A stretch of 64,000 bases of DNA, from positions 186,001-250,000 of the forward strand of contig NW_026889812.1 of NCBI RefSeq assembly GCF_033153115.1, read 5' to 3'. This DNA comes from Saccostrea echinata (Eukaryota). Under the pieces are notes generated by a model. The model was given only the letters and a program-made list of their open reading frames with translations. It was not told where the DNA came from and did not search any database. Positions 60,955-64,000 of the stretch are shown here, piece after piece. The stretch's first letter is position 1, and the number at the start of each line of letters is the position of its first letter. Made by a program: the position numbers and the translations under genes.

Positions 60955-63943
60955 ATGCCATTTGAAAAAAAGTGTGGGTGCTCAAATGCAAGTTTTTGCC
61001 CGAAAGATGGACAAAATTTAAGGAAAATTGATGGAAAGAGAATCCGGGTAGCAGTCATTAAAAAACTACAAGACATGGGTGTACTTAGCACATATGCAAA
61101 CTTTCTGTGTGATGGGTGTATAAAGTACACTGAGGTAAATAAAAATAAAGTCAAATATTTAATATATACAAGTAGAGGTATCAGCTTTCTTCATGATCCT
61201 TGAAAAGGGATTTAAGGGGGGGGGGATGCATTAATAACAGTGATATTTCTGAAATATTTTAATTATTAACTCTTATTTTTCATTTAAAACTTTACGAATA
61301 AGCTACTTTGAGTTAGATCATACATGGACATAGGCGTCGGACCCGGGGGGGGGGGGGGCTTACCCCCCCCCCACTTTTTTTGCCAAGTTTGCCAAGGGGT
61401 GTAGGTTTAGCCCCCCCCCCCCCACTTTCAAGAAATTCGAAAAACCCCCATTTTCCTTTTTTTCTGCTTGTCATTTTTTTTTTCAGATTTGAAATTTTTT
61501 TTCACTTTCATTTAGCCCCCCCCCCTCCACTTTCAATTTGCCTCCGACGCCTATGTTATAAATTGGTGAATGATATTAAGAATGCATGAAGCATCGTACA
61601 TCGTAACAGAGGCAAAGGAGGGTAAAAGTGCACATTAACAAAGCTATTAAGACATGGATATTCAATTTCTCCGTCAACAAATTCTTATTAACGACTTAAC
61701 ACCCCCTACCAATCCTATTCCTTGCACCATCCAATAAATTTAGTAATGAACATGATGAAGGATGCTCTCTCTATCCTTATTTCATTGCAAAAACTTCACT
61801 TTATCAGGCATTGTTACTCGAGGAAACATCCAGTAAGAGAAAAAAGAGCACCCTATTGGGGGAAGTTATGGAAAAAATTGAAAGAGATGAATTTACGCAG
61901 ACCGAATTAGAGGAACTGACAAAAGCCATAGGTATTGAAATAGGAATCAGAAGATAACACAGTTGTGATCTGTTTTCATGTATTTTTTTCATTTATTGAT
62001 TAAGATTTTTTAAAATAATTAATACTTTTTAGTTTATATTTTTCTTTTGTTTTATTTTCTTGGGGAGAGGGGTGGTGATGGTGTTTATTTATCTGTGTGG
62101 GTTTTTTTTTTAAGAATTCTTTTTTTTACAATCATTTTTATACAGGCAGGAAACAGTCGAAAGACATTTACAAGGACAGTGTGGAGGCAGGAAAAGTTTA
62201 CAAAGATGACGACGCTTTGAAACATTTCGACCCGTCAAGTAAGCTGCATACTAACAAGGAAACATTCACTGTGGCACTGAACTTTCACTTCTCATATTAT
62301 AAGCAATGTCTGACCTCAAAAAGAGGAAGAGCACCCCCCCCCCCCCAACACCACCCACGCACCCAACTCCATTATTTTGACATGCAGTATTTACTATATA
62401 TACTTGCCCAATAGAAAAGCAATGTCCATATACAGTTGTTGCTCCGTTATTGATAATGTGTGCCCCTTTTTGTGTAGAATTAATGTTACAGACCCCCTCC
62501 TTTTTTATAAAAACGGAAAGGAAATTGTTTTTAGTAAGTGTATATATGTAAAAATTAAAATTTGAATAAAAATGTTTCTTATGTTGTTTAATGATTTTTT
62601 TTTCTTATTAAAGATTGGATTAAGGAAAGAAATGGATGCGTGCTTGCATTTTTTGAAGGACTAATGGAGGAAAAATTTTCCAATATGAATTTTTCCATGT
62701 TCTTGGTTAATGCCCTTGAGGCCATTTACCAACTGCGAAATCCAAACTTTGTTGGTCCCCTGGCTTTTGCCAGATCTTTATTAGTATATTCAAAAACAGG
62801 TGCGTCAATAAACATATCCTATAATATTTATTTTCTTCTAAATAAAACTTTGTTTTTGTTGTTTTTGATTTTAGATTTATTTTTTTCTTATTTTCACTTT
62901 TATTTCTTTTATTAAGTGCATTTGTTGATCATTCCTTTTGTGCACGTATTGATTGACAGGAAGCAAAGAAGCAGTGAGCATCACGTCTGCTTGCTCTCCA
63001 AGTGGGAGCTATACGAGCATTTTAAACTGGTTAAAGGACCACAGCACTGATAAAATCAGCTGTCCCTCAAACAGTGATTTTATAACATTCTTCGACAACA
63101 ACCAGGTGCATTATTTCCTAAATGTTCCCACATTAAAGATTTTACCGATGAAATAGCACATTTATACATTTTTTCAATTTTTTTTCCAGTTCATTTTGTT
63201 TTCATTTAATTTCTTTATATTACCTTTTGTTGTGTGTGTGTTTTCTGAACCTTTTTTTTTTTATTTATGATAAAGGTCATAGGGAGAAAATGGCGAGTGA
63301 AGAATGACTTCAAAGCATCTTCCTCGGTCATTACTTCTGTAGCACACATGGAAACCAATTCTAATATCCAGACATTGGAACACTACGCACCCTCTTCGTG
63401 GCAGTGCTACGATACTACCTCAAAACAAAATTTCGTAAAAAATATTAAGAGACAAGAAGAGGTCTATGAGAAACAGTTTGATGGTTTCAGGTACATAACA
63501 GAAATGATGGGCTTTCTAAATATCAGGCATATAGGATTGAAAAGGGGGGATTCCCACCACAATCAAATACACTTTATTTACATTAGAACCCCCTCAATAA
63601 ATGTTTCGTGTAAATTTCTTTATTTATTTAGTTGATTTTAGCATTATTATCACTATTTATTATTATCACTATTTCATTATCCCCCCTTTCCCTCCCTCCA
63701 ACGAAATTGTTTCCTACGTGCCTGTATATCGTCACTCATACATATAAAATGAAAATTCACTAGATATTAAATATTATTACGTATGCCATTTGTTTATTGC
63801 AATATTTTGAAATACAGAAAACAATTTCTTGCTAAGAGGCTGCAGGAAGTAGCCAATCAACAAAAGAAAGTAAATAATTGTCTTGAGGATCACATGGATG
63901 GAAACATTGATCCTCCATGTGAAACCCCTCCCCCAGACGAAAG
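60955..63943 (+). CDS. Spliced transposase-like gene (partial; DUF6589/Academ-like by motif), 7 exons, continues beyond the window
   Basis: Exons 60955-61134, 61808-61931, 62146-62238, 62614-62799, 62960-63105, 63276-63490 and 63818-63943 are all GT-AG bounded, phase-compatible and stop-free (~356 aa). N-terminal CxC..C..LCDGC; GSYTSILNWL..ITFFDNNQVIG. Confidence 0.7.
61329..61555. mobile_element. MITE in intron 1 of the spliced gene
   Basis: 13-bp TIR cataggcgtcgga ... tccgacgcctatg with G/C tracts; no clear TSD. Confidence 0.75.
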
Positions 63944-64000
63944 GTAAGCTACAATTTCATTTGCTTTTAATACATAAATCAAAAATTACCAAACAAAAAT

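Overview
AT-rich eukaryotic genomic DNA, most likely an oyster (Ostreidae). This is inferred from the protein family, the SINE types and the Cg170/pearl-like repeats. The core of the window is a minus-strand tandem array of single-coding-exon, RING-less TRIM-like genes (B-box1, B-box2, coiled coil, variable linker, NHL-type beta-propeller). There are two intact copies (13712-15511, 27544-29286), one copy with a single late frameshift (52600-54437), three pseudogenes (~1750-3345, ~38390-39780, ~44800-46388) and a tiny 3'-end remnant (~50545). A shared upstream non-coding block recurs five times, including at position 44, which implies another paralogue to the left of the window. The spacers hide decayed exons of a second, co-duplicated gene family that the ORF track does not explain: a MIF4G-domain (CTIF/SLIP1-like) gene preceded by a possible CARD/death-fold exon, lying head-to-head with the TRIM-like genes. 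Two possible TNF-like exon remnants are also present. The rest is transposon debris: two tRNA-SINE families with clean TSDs, Tc1, mariner and PIF/ISL2EU-type transposase pseudogenes, MITEs, Helentron-type repeats, long hairpin elements, a Penelope end with a minimal hammerhead motif and a LINE ORF1 fragment. At the right edge is an uninterrupted 7-exon transposase-like gene that runs out of the window. Family assignments come from manual translation and recalled consensus motifs, not database searches.
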